Positions 63,521 through 64,000 of a stretch of DNA of 64,000 bases are shown in pieces. The notes beneath the pieces are model-generated. The model was not told the origin of the DNA. It ran no database searches and saw nothing but the letters and a program-made list of their open reading frames with translations. The DNA is taken from positions 72,974,001 through 73,038,000 of the forward strand of contig CM060732.1 in NCBI GenBank assembly GCA_030704615.1, given 5' to 3'. Source of the stretch: Takakia lepidozioides (lineage: Eukaryota > Plantae > Bryophyta). Positions within the stretch are counted from its first letter, which is position 1, and every line of letters begins with the position of its first letter. A program made the position numbers and the translations under genes.

Positions 63521-64000
63521 CTATGTCTGTGGAATACACCTAAAAGCCATCTCACTAGCTTTCTGAATACGCATTTTTTCTTCTCTTGCACAAGGCAAAT
63601 GTGAGAAGGCCATTAATAGAGCTTTTGACTGTTTATTTATAATCCATCCTATCCACATGTGGGTGTTTGCTAGGAACCTAAGGGAGATAGAGAGAGAAGA
63701 CTCAGGCTGAAGCCAACATTTTAAAAGAGCCTAAGAAGAACCTAAGGCAAATGTATCGTCCTGTGCTACAAAACAACCTTGATAGTGTTGGGTTGTTCCC
63801 TAGACCATATTCATGACGATATATACAACATAGTGACACATGCTGCTAGACTGGCTTGTTCCGACTGGTTTGGGTGCTCATGCTACTACCAATGCTTGGC
63901 ATTTGCTGATTCCCAATTGGCAGTTCTCCAAAGGTTTCCCTCAACCCTCTTGAAGCTGACACACCTGGCCCTGGTTATCCTCTCCAAGCTTGTCGACCCT

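Overview
Eukaryotic nuclear DNA, very probably from a seed-free land plant (inference from the plant-type NDUFS4, a GDSL lipase and the transposon lineages present). The window is mostly a patchwork of nested, decayed transposable elements around two host genes. One is an intact five-exon NDUFS4 (complex I 18 kDa subunit; 46609-47964, minus). The other is a partial multi-exon coiled-coil protein gene running off the left edge, with an internal ~0.8 kb tandem duplication. DNA elements: a nearly intact hAT with perfect 17-bp TIRs and an 8-bp TSD inserted in a MULE transposase remnant, a matching non-autonomous hAT, MITE/foldback elements, and a dispersed repeat with Helitron-like ends. Retroelements: the 3' half of a Gypsy-like LTR element with an extra ORF, at least four non-LTR lineages (L1/Tx1-like, RTE-group/RTEX-like, CRE-like with restriction-like endonuclease, and an unusual APE element) and a tRNA-derived SINE family. 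Three observations stand out. (1) Two tandem virus-like 2A (StopGo) motifs, LILLRCGDIHPNPGP, lie upstream of the APE domain of a plant-genome LINE. (2) A GDSL lipase pseudogene is amplified in direct and inverted copies forming long potential hairpins (candidate hpRNA/proto-MIRNA locus). (3) One L1 copy has two internal ORF2 blocks swapped in order. No database searches were possible, so clade names come from motif recognition.
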